From IMG/VR virus record IMGVR_UViG_3300043256_000274, positions 1-64,000 of that record: DNA of 64,000 bases; one strand, 5' to 3'. The notes under the pieces are model-generated. The model made no database searches. It saw only the letters and a program-made list of their open reading frames with translations, and had not been told where the DNA came from. The stretch is from a virus. This document shows, piece after piece, positions 17,214 through 25,726 of the stretch (positions are counted from its first letter, which is position 1; each line of letters begins with the position of its first letter). A program made the translations under genes and the position numbers.

Positions 17214-17555
17214 CTATTTCATCCGTCCGGTTTCGACCATGGTCCCAAGGTCCGAGACCCTGAATTGTCCATGATCCAGAAAAAGCGTGGCCGCGTAGGT
17301 GTCGCCCGTATTGCAATAGGAAACACCGTCGCGCCCGTCATCGTCGGCGCAGCCTTCTACGCCGTAGGTCCCTAGCAGCTCATCCGCTGCGTATAGCACC
17401 TGTTCCGCACGGGAAGGCTCATTGTAGCATTGTCGGACCCACCGGTCACACTGTTCTGACTCTTCGCGGGGATCCAGCTCCCCGCGAATCATGGCCAGAA
17501 TACGTTGTGCAGTGAACACGCCCGTGATTCTTCTCAAGTGGTGCAGAGTGGTCAT
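17214..17555 (-). CDS. Hypothetical (probable early) protein
   Basis: WVRQCYNEP, LLGTYGVE, YCNTGDTY.AT motifs. Confidence 0.7.
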   Translation of the reverse strand: MTTLHHLRRITGVFTAQRILAMIRGELDPREESEQCDRWVRQCYNEPSRAEQVLYAADELLGTYGVEGCADDDGRDGVSYCNTGDTYAATLFLDHGQFRVSDLGTMVETGRMK

Positions 17556-17686
17556 TATTGTCCCAGCCCCATGCTCTGCAGCATGCCGTAGAGCTTGAAA
17601 AGGCCGAGGGCGAGGACGGACCCCATCCCGGCGATGAAGAGGACGTAGGTGGGCACGGTGCGGAGTGTGTTGGTTATGGCTTGCAT
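17555..17686 (-). CDS. Small membrane protein (43 aa)
   Basis: Same AGGAAACCAACGCCATG leader; one hydrophobic helix; TAATG coupling. Confidence 0.55.
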   Translation of the reverse strand: MQAITNTLRTVPTYVLFIAGMGSVLALGLFKLYGMLQSMGLGQ

Positions 17687-17712
17687 GGCGTTGGTTTCCT
17701 TTTCTACCCCTA

Positions 17713-17740
17713 TTATCGGCGGATTGTCCCCAGCACTGTA
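17713..17740 (-). promoter_or_regulatory. sigma28/FliA-like promoter
   Basis: TACAG-N15-GCCGATAA upstream of the RBS. Confidence 0.5.
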
Positions 17741-17891
17741 GAGCCTAGCCCAGTTTCCAAGGCACTGTAAACCGAGCCAGGTTCTACACTTATGCTATTC
17801 TCCGCGAGCGCAGTGGGCAATCCACAAGAACAGGAGCGGGATTCCCACTACGATCCACAATAGGGCCGTGACAACCTTCTGAAACATGGTT

Positions 17892-19088
17892 CTAGCCTAT
17901 GGTAATGGGCATCAGAATGCCCCGGAAACCTTGCGCGCGGAATTCGATGGGGCTTTGCGGGTTGTTCCACCGGACCTCAACTCGATCCGCCTGGGTCGCC
18001 TTGACGGTATCGGCCAAGTAATCCGGGTTCACCGCGAAGCCGGCCCTATCTTGGACCTCGCCGTTATCATCCTCGAATGTAGGCCATGAATGGATGGAAG
18101 CTCCGCGCAGCTCCGCGCAGCTCTCCTTGCCCACACTCTTCCCGACAACCGACAGCGTATCACCGTCGCGGGTGATTCGAACGGTTGCAGTATCATCCGA
18201 GCATGCCGCCGATACGAGCTTGGTGCGCTTGAGGAGTTCGGTGCAATCCAGGAGCAGAATGCTCTCGACACCCTCGCCCGGAAGGATCGAACTGTATCGC
18301 GGAAACTCCCCGTCGATAGCGCGGACGGTGAGCGTCACACTATCTAGCACGAACCAGAATTTCCCCGTGCATTCGGAGTAGGACAGCGCCGCCACGCTCG
18401 ACTTCTGGCCCTTTTTGTATTTTTTCGGCAGTAGCGCCGTCAATGCTTTGCACCCAGTATTCGGAAGTAGGCCAAGCCCTCTAGACTCACCGTCCACGAA
18501 TTCCAGGCCGAATGTCTCGACCTCATCGAGGACCTCGACCACATGCAGACGGTGGCCGTCCGTCGTGACGATACGGACCGCATTGTCCTCGGGGAATTCG
18601 AATTGAGCCCCGTGCATAGCATAGCGCCCCGCGTCCCGCGCCATGGCAGGCACCGCACGAACTAGAGCCCGGGAGAGCTGTACGGCGTCCATCGTGGCGT
18701 GGCGTTCATCGGGTCCACGCTCAGGGAAACTCGGGAATTCGTCCACATCGAAGGTGCAGAGCTCGATCGACTCGCCGAGATCGGTTGTCGCACTGATAGG
18801 CGAGGTCGGGGACTCTTCCCCGCATGAAAGCGTAACGGTCTCACCCTCGGCCGCTTTGACGAAATCGAGCAGGTCCCGCAGGCCCACAACCATGGTGCCT
18901 ACTTCGATGGTCGACGCGGCAAGCGTGGCGCGGACGTAGCATTCTAGGTCGGTTCCTTCGATGCTACTATCCCCGTCAGACGTGATGCGCACGGCCTCCA
19001 ATATGGGCCGCGCGTCCCGCTTGGGGCTCACCTTCGCGCACGCTTCCAGGGCAGTCCGAAGGGCGCCCGTCGTGGTTTCGATTTTCAT
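17892..19088 (-). CDS. dnaN: DNA polymerase III beta sliding clamp homolog
   Basis: 398 aa; RPIL, GTDLE, DEFP, TTDGHRL, IDGEFP.Y, VNPDYL, ILMPI. Confidence 0.88.
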   Translation of the reverse strand: MKIETTTGALRTALEACAKVSPKRDARPILEAVRITSDGDSSIEGTDLECYVRATLAASTIEVGTMVVGLRDLLDFVKAAEGETVTLSCGEESPTSPISATTDLGESIELCTFDVDEFPSFPERGPDERHATMDAVQLSRALVRAVPAMARDAGRYAMHGAQFEFPEDNAVRIVTTDGHRLHVVEVLDEVETFGLEFVDGESRGLGLLPNTGCKALTALLPKKYKKGQKSSVAALSYSECTGKFWFVLDSVTLTVRAIDGEFPRYSSILPGEGVESILLLDCTELLKRTKLVSAACSDDTATVRITRDGDTLSVVGKSVGKESCAELRGASIHSWPTFEDDNGEVQDRAGFAVNPDYLADTVKATQADRVEVRWNNPQSPIEFRAQGFRGILMPITIG

Positions 19089-19140
19089 GGCGTTGGTTCC
19101 TCAATAGGCAGCCGAGGGAATCCCGGCGGCATGGCTACAG

Positions 19141-19166
19141 TATCGGCGACAATGCAGAGGAATCAA
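19141..19166 (-). promoter_or_regulatory. Promoter for the clamp gene (sigma28-like GCCGATA)
   Basis: TTGAT-N14-GCCGATA; could also be read as sigma70 TTGATT-N16-GATACT. Confidence 0.45.
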
Positions 19167-19317
19167 ACCGAATTCGCCGATTTCCCACTGGAAACCTTTT
19201 CCTGCCGACCCATCTGGGAAGACTTTTCCTATGCGTCAACCTGAGACATGGGGAAATCTTCCAGTCTCGAGCGAGCGACGCCGGCACTGAGCTCGAGACA
19301 CATGGAAAAACCGATCT

Positions 19318-19500
19318 TCATTCGGCTGTTTTGCATTCGGCCCTCATTCGGCTGTCTCGGCTTTTTTTTCGACCTCCCCCGGGTCACTTTTTTTAGACCC
19401 CCCGGGTGCCGATTTTCATTCGGCTGTCCAGCCCTCCCCCGGCCGTGTCCTCAGCGTTCGCTATTCGCGAACAACGAACGAGCTAGATTCATTCGGCTGT
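19318..19500. repeat. Cluster of CATTCGGC(TGT) direct repeats
   Basis: ATTCGGC at 19320, 19335, 19346, 19418, 19491. Confidence 0.8.
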
Positions 19501-19501
19501 C

Positions 19502-19526
19502 CGCGAGTCAGGCTGCCTGACTCGCG
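19502..19526. terminator. Perfect inverted repeat at operon end
   Basis: CGCGAGTCAGGC-T-GCCTGACTCGCG; no U tract. Confidence 0.45.
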
Positions 19527-19527
19527 T

Positions 19528-19620
19528 TCACAGGGAGATGAGGACTTCGAGGACCACCAGGGCGATGAAGCCCAGGCCCCACAGAATCCAGCGCTTCTTG
19601 ACCTGTGGATGGATGTTCAT
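19528..19620 (-). CDS. Small membrane peptide (30 aa)
   Basis: MNIHPQVKKRWILWGLGFIALVVLEVLISL; RBS AAGGAG; ATGA-coupled. Confidence 0.5.
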   Translation of the reverse strand: MNIHPQVKKRWILWGLGFIALVVLEVLISL

Positions 19621-19706
19621 TCGGCTGTCTCCTTGAATCGTTGCCAAGCTGTCCAGATGGACAGTAACGCTTGGACGCTCACAATAGTCAGAATATACCA
19701 GATCAT
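19617..19706 (-). CDS. Small membrane peptide (29 aa)
   Basis: MIWYILTIVSVQALLSIWTAWQRFKETAE; ATGA-coupled on both sides. Confidence 0.5.
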   Translation of the reverse strand: MIWYILTIVSVQALLSIWTAWQRFKETAE

Positions 19707-20050
19707 TCGGCTTCTTCGTCGATCGGCCATCTCGGCATGTGCATGTAACCGATCGTGAGATCCAGCGCTTCGTCGCGAGAGACACCGTCCTGCACACAGA
19801 ACTCACGGAACACCGCTGCGATCAGTGGGACGTAGTGAGTGGTCACGGCCTTCTGCGCCTGGTCGAGCGCAGCAACATCTAGATGTCGTAGTTTCATCAT
19901 GGTCGGCAAGGGGGTAAGGGGGGTCATGTAGATAGGTGTGGGTATCGGTCTCGGCACTCCAACCATGAGTGCCTCGGTCGCGTTGATCTTCTTCCAGGTG
20001 TGCCCTCGGTACTCGAATTGGTCACCGACGATCAGGTCTTGGAAAATCAC
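19703..20050 (-). CDS. Hypothetical protein
   Basis: Coupled ORF; F.DL.VGD.F N-terminus. Confidence 0.6.
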   Translation of the reverse strand: MIFQDLIVGDQFEYRGHTWKKINATEALMVGVPRPIPTPIYMTPLTPLPTMMKLRHLDVAALDQAQKAVTTHYVPLIAAVFREFCVQDGVSRDEALDLTIGYMHMPRWPIDEEAE

Positions 20051-20304
20051 AGCGAGCTATAAAACCTTTCGATGATCGCAGCCACAGCGACCAAGCACTC
20101 GGAGTCCCCGTCCAAAGCCTGTTGTGCAACGTACGGATCCAACTGTGGTCCCTCCCGCTCTCCGCTTCGTAGAGCAAAACAGGTTGTCCGGTCTCCGCGG
20201 TCGATGTCCCCACGTTGTCTCTCGGTGCGCATGATGCGTGCGTAGATGGTGACGTTGTAAAGCCTGCCGACCTCACGCTCGCCGATACAAAACTCACGTC
20301 TCAC
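20047..20304 (-). CDS. Hypothetical protein
   Basis: GTGA-coupled ORF. Confidence 0.5.
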   Translation of the reverse strand: MRREFCIGEREVGRLYNVTIYARIMRTERQRGDIDRGDRTTCFALRSGEREGPQLDPYVAQQALDGDSECLVAVAAIIERFYSSL

Positions 20305-20837
20305 GTCCACACCGCCAGCAGAGAGTCATTCGGCTTCCCGAAGAACGAGCACACGTCAACCCTTTCGGCTCCCATCTGACATAAGTCAAGCGTATCGAGC
20401 GGGAAGACGTGGGTGCGGTCGATCTCCTTCACGTAGTCGGCGCCTAGCTCACCAATGTTCGGTGTGGTGGCGATAAAGACTCCGGCCACATACGTCACGT
20501 CGACCACGAACAAGTAGGGATCGTGCAGGTGCTCCAGCAATTCGATGGCCACGACGAAATCGAAGTTCACCCGAGGAAGCCATCTCTTCTCGAAGTCCGT
20601 TCCGTCGATCGACGCATCGACCGGCAGGTAGCGTCCCTTCCAGCCGCGCACGGTGCGCAGGTAGAAGTCGAAGTCACATGCTCCGGCGCCGAGATCCGCC
20701 AGGATCGAGGAATCGTCCATCCCCTGGGCAAAGAGCTCATCGGCCACCGCGGCGTATCGCAGGAACCGATACTCCAGCGTGCCTGTCCGCTCGCCCAGGT
20801 AGTCGAGAGCTTCCTGTCGTCTATTGGTCATTGTCAT
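20301..20837 (-). CDS. Class I SAM-dependent methyltransferase
   Basis: LADLGAG, FDFVVAIELLEHLHDP, TTPN. Confidence 0.8.
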   Translation of the reverse strand: MTMTNRRQEALDYLGERTGTLEYRFLRYAAVADELFAQGMDDSSILADLGAGACDFDFYLRTVRGWKGRYLPVDASIDGTDFEKRWLPRVNFDFVVAIELLEHLHDPYLFVVDVTYVAGVFIATTPNIGELGADYVKEIDRTHVFPLDTLDLCQMGAERVDVCSFFGKPNDSLLAVWT

Positions 20838-21052
20838 TCGGCTGGTCTTTCAGGTAGTGGCGCTCGTTCACCGTGGACGATGTAGTGAGCGCTGAATGCG
20901 GACATGAGCTCCTCGCCACCTTCGATCATTACAGCGAGTGTAGCCAGGCGGATCTTGTTCTGACAGCCGCGACGCCATACAGCGTTGTCGTCGCTCATCC
21001 GATAGTACCAGTCGAAGCACTTGAGTTGATCGTAGAACTGCGCGAGCGTCAT
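20834..21052 (-). CDS. Conserved small phage protein
   Basis: DWYY.MSDD..VWRRG motif. Confidence 0.7.
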   Translation of the reverse strand: MTLAQFYDQLKCFDWYYRMSDDNAVWRRGCQNKIRLATLAVMIEGGEELMSAFSAHYIVHGERAPLPERPAE

Positions 21053-21378
21053 ATCAGCTCCAGCACTTCACCGACCACCACATCACGGTGGACGATGACT
21101 TTGAAGGGAGTCGGGTATTTCCCTCCACCGTTCATAGCGATGGCTTCCACGACCGTGTTCGCCACCCCGTTCTCAATGACCATGATGAGTGTCTGTGGAC
21201 GAGCGTCCCTCGTCTGCGGATGGTTGGTCACCCCCATATACACCATCCGCTGTTCAGTGCCCCGGAGGATCGTCAACCGCCGGACGTCATCCTTCCACGT
21301 CTCGCCCGCGAGGATCACCCAGCCAACCAAGTCAGCCATCGAGTCAGCGACCCACTCACCTTGTTCTTTGCGCATCAT
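21049..21378 (-). CDS. Hypothetical protein
   Basis: Start moved to MMRKEQG just after the promoter motif. Confidence 0.55.
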   Translation of the reverse strand: MMRKEQGEWVADSMADLVGWVILAGETWKDDVRRLTILRGTEQRMVYMGVTNHPQTRDARPQTLIMVIENGVANTVVEAIAMNGGGKYPTPFKVIVHRDVVVGEVLELI

Positions 21379-21386
21379 GATGACAT

Positions 21387-21417
21387 AGTGTATCGGACAA
21401 TGCAGCCCCAGGCTGGA
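21387..21417 (-). promoter_or_regulatory. sigma28-like promoter, copy 1
   Basis: TCCAG-N14-GTCCGATA; 16-mer CATTGTCCGATACACT identical to 29007-29022. Confidence 0.55.
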
Positions 21418-21468
21418 TCTTTTCTGAGATTTTGGTAGTAGGGAGGGAGACAGCTCCCTCCCCATTTC

Positions 21469-21888
21469 CTACGCCTTGTCGGCGCGTGACATCTCTGCGC
21501 AGCCGACCATCACCACTCGCACGTCAGCGCCGGCCTGCATGAACAGCCGCGAGTCGTCGTTTTCAGACTGCAGGTTCCGAAACCCGAGGATGCCCAGGAT
21601 CGGCCGTACCGCGAACACATCGGGCGCGTCGATGAACTCACCCAGAACGCGGTGCTTGGTGACGCCGCCGTCGTTCGAGAAGAAAACGACCAAGCTACGG
21701 TCTCCACCCGGCAATCCCGGATCTGGGCGAGACGAAGAGATCAATACCTGCTCGATGATGACTCTGTTATCGATGTCGGTTTTGATCGGAGTCGAGTAGT
21801 CTATCCACGAGAACTCAACCTCGACAGGATTGATCTCGTCTTTCGGAACTTCTGCGCGGAATGAAAGAATGACTTTCTGAAAGCTCAT
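21469..21888 (-). CDS. Hypothetical protein
   Basis: RBS AAGGA; intact ORF. Confidence 0.6.
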   Translation of the reverse strand: MSFQKVILSFRAEVPKDEINPVEVEFSWIDYSTPIKTDIDNRVIIEQVLISSSRPDPGLPGGDRSLVVFFSNDGGVTKHRVLGEFIDAPDVFAVRPILGILGFRNLQSENDDSRLFMQAGADVRVVMVGCAEMSRADKA

Positions 21889-21945
21889 TGGTTTCCTTTT
21901 TCTGAGGTATTAGAGATTCGGCCCTTTTGCCGAACCCCGTGCGAA

Positions 21946-22332
21946 TTATACCGGCCTCCGTCGCCGGCGTGACACCCAAACCGGGCCGAAGTAGAACGAA
22001 TTGGCCTTCCAGCGCTTGTCGCGCTCATAGCCAAACAGCCACCGCCGCGGGTTCCACCCGCACGACCAGACTATCCGACTGAGCCCCTCAGTCGGATCAC
22101 CGATGATGACGCGCTGACTGCCCTCGATGCGAGCACAGCACCGCTTGTACTTTTGGCTGCTACCACAGGAGCACAGGCCATTCTGCCCACCGCTGCCTTT
22201 CTTCGTGCCCTTGTAGTGAGCACGTCCGCACCACGGCACACCAAGCGGGGTGGTCGTCCTTGCCACATGGCAGCACGCCAGGCCGGAGAAGGTCGGAAAC
22301 TGACAAAGAGAGCCCATGTCACCCATACTCAT
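21946..22332 (-). CDS. SEC-C motif protein
   Basis: GQNGLCSCGSSQKYKRCC. Confidence 0.6.
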   Translation of the reverse strand: MSMGDMGSLCQFPTFSGLACCHVARTTTPLGVPWCGRAHYKGTKKGSGGQNGLCSCGSSQKYKRCCARIEGSQRVIIGDPTEGLSRIVWSCGWNPRRWLFGYERDKRWKANSFYFGPVWVSRRRRRPV

Positions 22333-22667
22333 TCGGCTCCTCCCTTCGCGATGTGTGCGAGCTCCGTCGCCCACTTCGCGACGTAGGCCCACTGATCCGG
22401 CTTGACGTAGGCACAATCGCGTTCCGCTTGCTCCAGGATGCGAGCGATGGAGCCGGTGAGTTCCCAGCACCGACTCGAATCATGGAGGTTCCTGGGCGTG
22501 GCGCCCAGAGGTACATGCTCGGCTGTCTCGCCGCGGTCTCGAGGCGTGCCCATGAGGTTCTCGAACCGCGCCGCAAGCGTATCGCGACGGTCGGCCCATT
22601 CCAACACCGCTTCGGGTGTGTCGTTCTCCCGGAGTTGCTCCAGGGCTTCTCTGAGTGAACCGCTCAC
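22329..22667 (-). CDS. Hypothetical protein
   Basis: Coupled ORF. Confidence 0.5.
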   Translation of the reverse strand: MSGSLREALEQLRENDTPEAVLEWADRRDTLAARFENLMGTPRDRGETAEHVPLGATPRNLHDSSRCWELTGSIARILEQAERDCAYVKPDQWAYVAKWATELAHIAKGGAE

Positions 22668-23008
22668 GGTAGCTCCACGCCAAGGTACTTCGAGACAATC
22701 CGACGCATGTCGGCCAGGTGATCCTTGAGGCCGGCGACCTCGCCTTCATGGCCCCACTTCGACGGACGCGCGCCCTCGATCCACATTCGGCTCATGAGCT
22801 CTTCGGTCTGATCGGGCTTGAGGAGCACGGTAGGTGAGCGGTACTCGCCCTGCGATGTTTCCGTCCAGCCCGTGTGCTCATTGAGGAATTGCTGTCGGTG
22901 AGTGCTGGGCGACCAACGGCTGATCCAGATGCCGTACCCGTTTGAGTCGTGCAGGTAGCCAGCCGAGACTCGGATCTCCCAGTCGTGCGGGTCAAGTTTG
23001 TCGATCAT
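22664..23008 (-). CDS. Hypothetical protein
   Basis: Start moved to MIDKLD; LM..MW..G.RP...HLADMRRIV pattern. Confidence 0.6.
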   Translation of the reverse strand: MIDKLDPHDWEIRVSAGYLHDSNGYGIWISRWSPSTHRQQFLNEHTGWTETSQGEYRSPTVLLKPDQTEELMSRMWIEGARPSKWGHEGEVAGLKDHLADMRRIVSKYLGVELP

Positions 23009-23141
23009 TTCCCAGTCCTCTTTCGGCCCATCTCCCAGGCTATTCGGCCCTTGAGCCAGCGCCGTAGCTTCTCGCTCGTACAGATGGTGAGCGCGAAGTG
23101 GGAGGTTATCTTGCCCTTGCGGACGTTGCGTTGAATGCCCA

Positions 23142-23840
23142 TTAGCAATCACATTCCTTTTCGTCGTTGCGCCAGTTTTCAAGGTAGTCGGCGCAGTAGT
23201 CGTCGAGCCAGACCAGTGACTCCTGCAGCGGGCCGATCTGTTTCTTCTCCAGGTTCGACCCTCGGAACTCATCATCCTCGGAGAAGCGCCCACCCACGGT
23301 GTTGTAGGTGCTGAGTTTACAGATGCGCTCTAAGAGCCAATGCAATCGTCTTTCGGCTTTGCACTTCTCGGCCTCAGCTTCCTTCACCATGGAGTCTTTC
23401 ATGGTGTAGCGACTGATCGAGCGTAATTCCTCACGTTTCGGTTCCGCTTTGTCGAGGTTGGCGTTGGCAATTGCCACACGCCGGTCGGCGTGGGCAGTCG
23501 CATCCTCTTCGGTGTAGAAGAGCGTCTCTTCGCAGTACACGGAGCCTGACCCCACGCCAGTCTCGGTACACATATAGGCGACCTGCTCACTGGGCTTCCT
23601 CGCCGTGTCGGTTTGCACGGAACCGATAGTGAGCTCGCGAACGTAGGCTTGGTAGTTACGCAGGCCGAGAGTCTTTCGGCCGCGACATCGAGGACATTCG
23701 ACGTCGCCTTCTTCGCCACCGGGCGACTGCCAGGACCAGACGCCGGTACCCAGGCAGTCGGGACATGGCATCTTCTCGGTGCCGTCTATGTTCGAGCGGC
23801 CAAGCCACACTTTCTGTCCGATGTAGTAGATGGGGTTCAA
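23142..23840 (-). CDS. Protein with DnaJ-type zinc-finger motifs
   Basis: CPDCLGTG...CPRCRG; TTG start coupled to the ligase stop. Confidence 0.6.
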   Translation of the reverse strand: MNPIYYIGQKVWLGRSNIDGTEKMPCPDCLGTGVWSWQSPGGEEGDVECPRCRGRKTLGLRNYQAYVRELTIGSVQTDTARKPSEQVAYMCTETGVGSGSVYCEETLFYTEEDATAHADRRVAIANANLDKAEPKREELRSISRYTMKDSMVKEAEAEKCKAERRLHWLLERICKLSTYNTVGGRFSEDDEFRGSNLEKKQIGPLQESLVWLDDYCADYLENWRNDEKECDC

Positions 23841-24793
23841 AAGAGATCCTCCGCGAGTGCTTTCGTTGCCAGGACCACGCGGCCCTGTAGTCGTTTGAAG
23901 TCGATGGTAGCATTCTTGTGCTTCTTGAGGATGGCCCACATCTCCTCGTCGATGAGGTCGTGGAAGACGCGGCCGAGGAGTTGAGGAATGACCTTGTTGC
24001 GGTGTTCGGCTTCGATCTGCTGCTGCCAGTTGTTCTCCAGGCCGTCGATTCCATTGAAGACCTCGTTCGCGATATCAAGCACGACTTTCGCCCGCGTCTT
24101 CCCGACGAGCTCGGCCGTCACGAACTCCTCGGCGATGGCGACCTCGACTTGGAACTCGCCGTGCTTCTGCGCGTGCCCAAACGCACGCGCAGCCTCTTCC
24201 TTGAAGACGTTGCGAACGACCTTGGCCCATGGCGAACCAGCGGTTCGCCATGTGTAATTCTTCAGCACGACGCCCTCACCGAGGCCTGCGCCCTCCGCGA
24301 TCAGGTAGGTGTTGGTCTCCACTTGCGCCTTCAACTGCTCCTCAGAGGGATCTTGGATGGTGCAGAGGGGCTCGATGATGTCCAGTCCCTCTAGGACTTG
24401 AGAGTAGTGATCGTACGGGACGTAGGTCCCCTCGACTCGATCGTAGACGTCGAAGATCCAGAACTTCCGCCAGACCTCCTCGCGATAGGTCTTGAGCGTG
24501 TGCGGCACCATCCACTTGCCGTAGATGATCCAGTTAGGGTTGGCCGCGCACTCATCCCGCAGGGCTGTCGCCACCAGATCGTCGCTCATGACCCACGCAG
24601 CGAAGCCGGCGTTATCGTCGTCGGGTGTAATCTGGCGCCTACGCGATGCGCAGCGCATCGCGTCGCCGTCCCACCAAACTGAGGAGTTCGTCCCGTCCAG
24701 CTTAGGAAATACATGGACGAGCCCCATGTCGATGCCCTGGACGTTGCGATGCCCGAGGCGCTCCAGGTGGTCGTACTTCCGGAACTTAGTCAT
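23837..24793 (-). CDS. ATP-dependent RNA ligase (Rnl2-like)
   Basis: Motif I KLDGTN, ASR, FWIFDV, EGVVLK, AKVV; motif III reads YGKW rather than YGEW. Confidence 0.8.
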   Translation of the reverse strand: MTKFRKYDHLERLGHRNVQGIDMGLVHVFPKLDGTNSSVWWDGDAMRCASRRRQITPDDDNAGFAAWVMSDDLVATALRDECAANPNWIIYGKWMVPHTLKTYREEVWRKFWIFDVYDRVEGTYVPYDHYSQVLEGLDIIEPLCTIQDPSEEQLKAQVETNTYLIAEGAGLGEGVVLKNYTWRTAGSPWAKVVRNVFKEEAARAFGHAQKHGEFQVEVAIAEEFVTAELVGKTRAKVVLDIANEVFNGIDGLENNWQQQIEAEHRNKVIPQLLGRVFHDLIDEEMWAILKKHKNATIDFKRLQGRVVLATKALAEDLF

Positions 24794-25271
24794 TTCGGCT
24801 CTTTCGTCCAAGGATGTAGTCGGGGCGACGCTGGGCGTTGGGGGGACAGACGGCGAGGATGCGCCAGCCGTTCGATAGCTCATCCTGCAGCGTATCAGTG
24901 CAGGCGTCTTGCAGGTAGGTGACTTCGTCGATCAGCAGCAATCCAAGGTCCGGAATCGAAATCTGCACAGCGCAGTCCGCCGCCACTGCCTGCTCTGTGC
25001 TCTTATACTCGCTGAACTTATTGGACAACTGATCCTGCAGCCTGACGATCATCGTGCCCGTCTCACTGACCAGTGTGTCCTTGTCAATGGTGAATTCAAT
25101 CTCCAACTTATGGAGAGCCTGAATCTCTTCGATGCCACCCCAGAAAAGGCTGGCGTACTTCGGCTTGTCACCCTCGGGGAGTTGCGGAATGACCTCGCGC
25201 AGAGTGTCGTACTTCTCCTGCGGGAGTTCCTCCCACTTCCCCCAGGAGTGAATGCTGATAGGTAGGTGCAT
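24786..25271 (-). CDS. Hypothetical protein
   Basis: DACTD.LQ..L..GWRILAVCP....RRPDYILG. Confidence 0.65.
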   Translation of the reverse strand: MHLPISIHSWGKWEELPQEKYDTLREVIPQLPEGDKPKYASLFWGGIEEIQALHKLEIEFTIDKDTLVSETGTMIVRLQDQLSNKFSEYKSTEQAVAADCAVQISIPDLGLLLIDEVTYLQDACTDTLQDELSNGWRILAVCPPNAQRRPDYILGRKSRND

Positions 25272-25726
25272 TACTGAGTCAGGACTTTCAGTAGTTCGAT
25301 CTTGGCTCGGGTGTGTTTCTTCCAAGTCTCACCACCGGACTGCATGGTGAGCAAGTTGTGTCGGATGTCGGCCAGCTTTACCCGCTGGGCTATGGTCGAC
25401 GTTGCGATGATTCGTGCGACGTACTCGGGGTACTCCTCGCCGGCATCCTTGCGCCGAGTCATCGCGACGAGGGCGACAGCTTCTTCCTCCATGAGAGTCA
25501 TGCGTGCCTCATGAAGGTAGAGCGAAGTTCCATGTAGCTCGGCTTCTGTGTCTTCCAGGACGTCGTGCAGCACTCCGACGATCTGTGTTGGCTCTCCGTA
25601 CTCCTGTAGGGCAGCAGCCACAGCGAGCGGGTGTGTGATGTAAGGCTCGCCCTTCCATCGGAATTGATGCTCATGGGCAATAGCCGCGAATGCGATGGCC
25701 GAAGCAAGTCGTTGCTGGTTCTTCAT
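25271..25726 (-). CDS. RelA/SpoT-type HD hydrolase (small alarmone hydrolase-like)
   Basis: AH..Q.R..GEPYI.HP, LHDVLEDT, VKLAD..HN. Confidence 0.85.
   Translation of the reverse strand: MKNQQRLASAIAFAAIAHEHQFRWKGEPYITHPLAVAAALQEYGEPTQIVGVLHDVLEDTEAELHGTSLYLHEARMTLMEEEAVALVAMTRRKDAGEEYPEYVARIIATSTIAQRVKLADIRHNLLTMQSGGETWKKHTRAKIELLKVLTQ

Noticed and set aside
19318-19710. Repeat cluster as a CRISPR array
   Set aside because: Repeats are only 7-12 nt with irregular spacing, and no cas genes are present.
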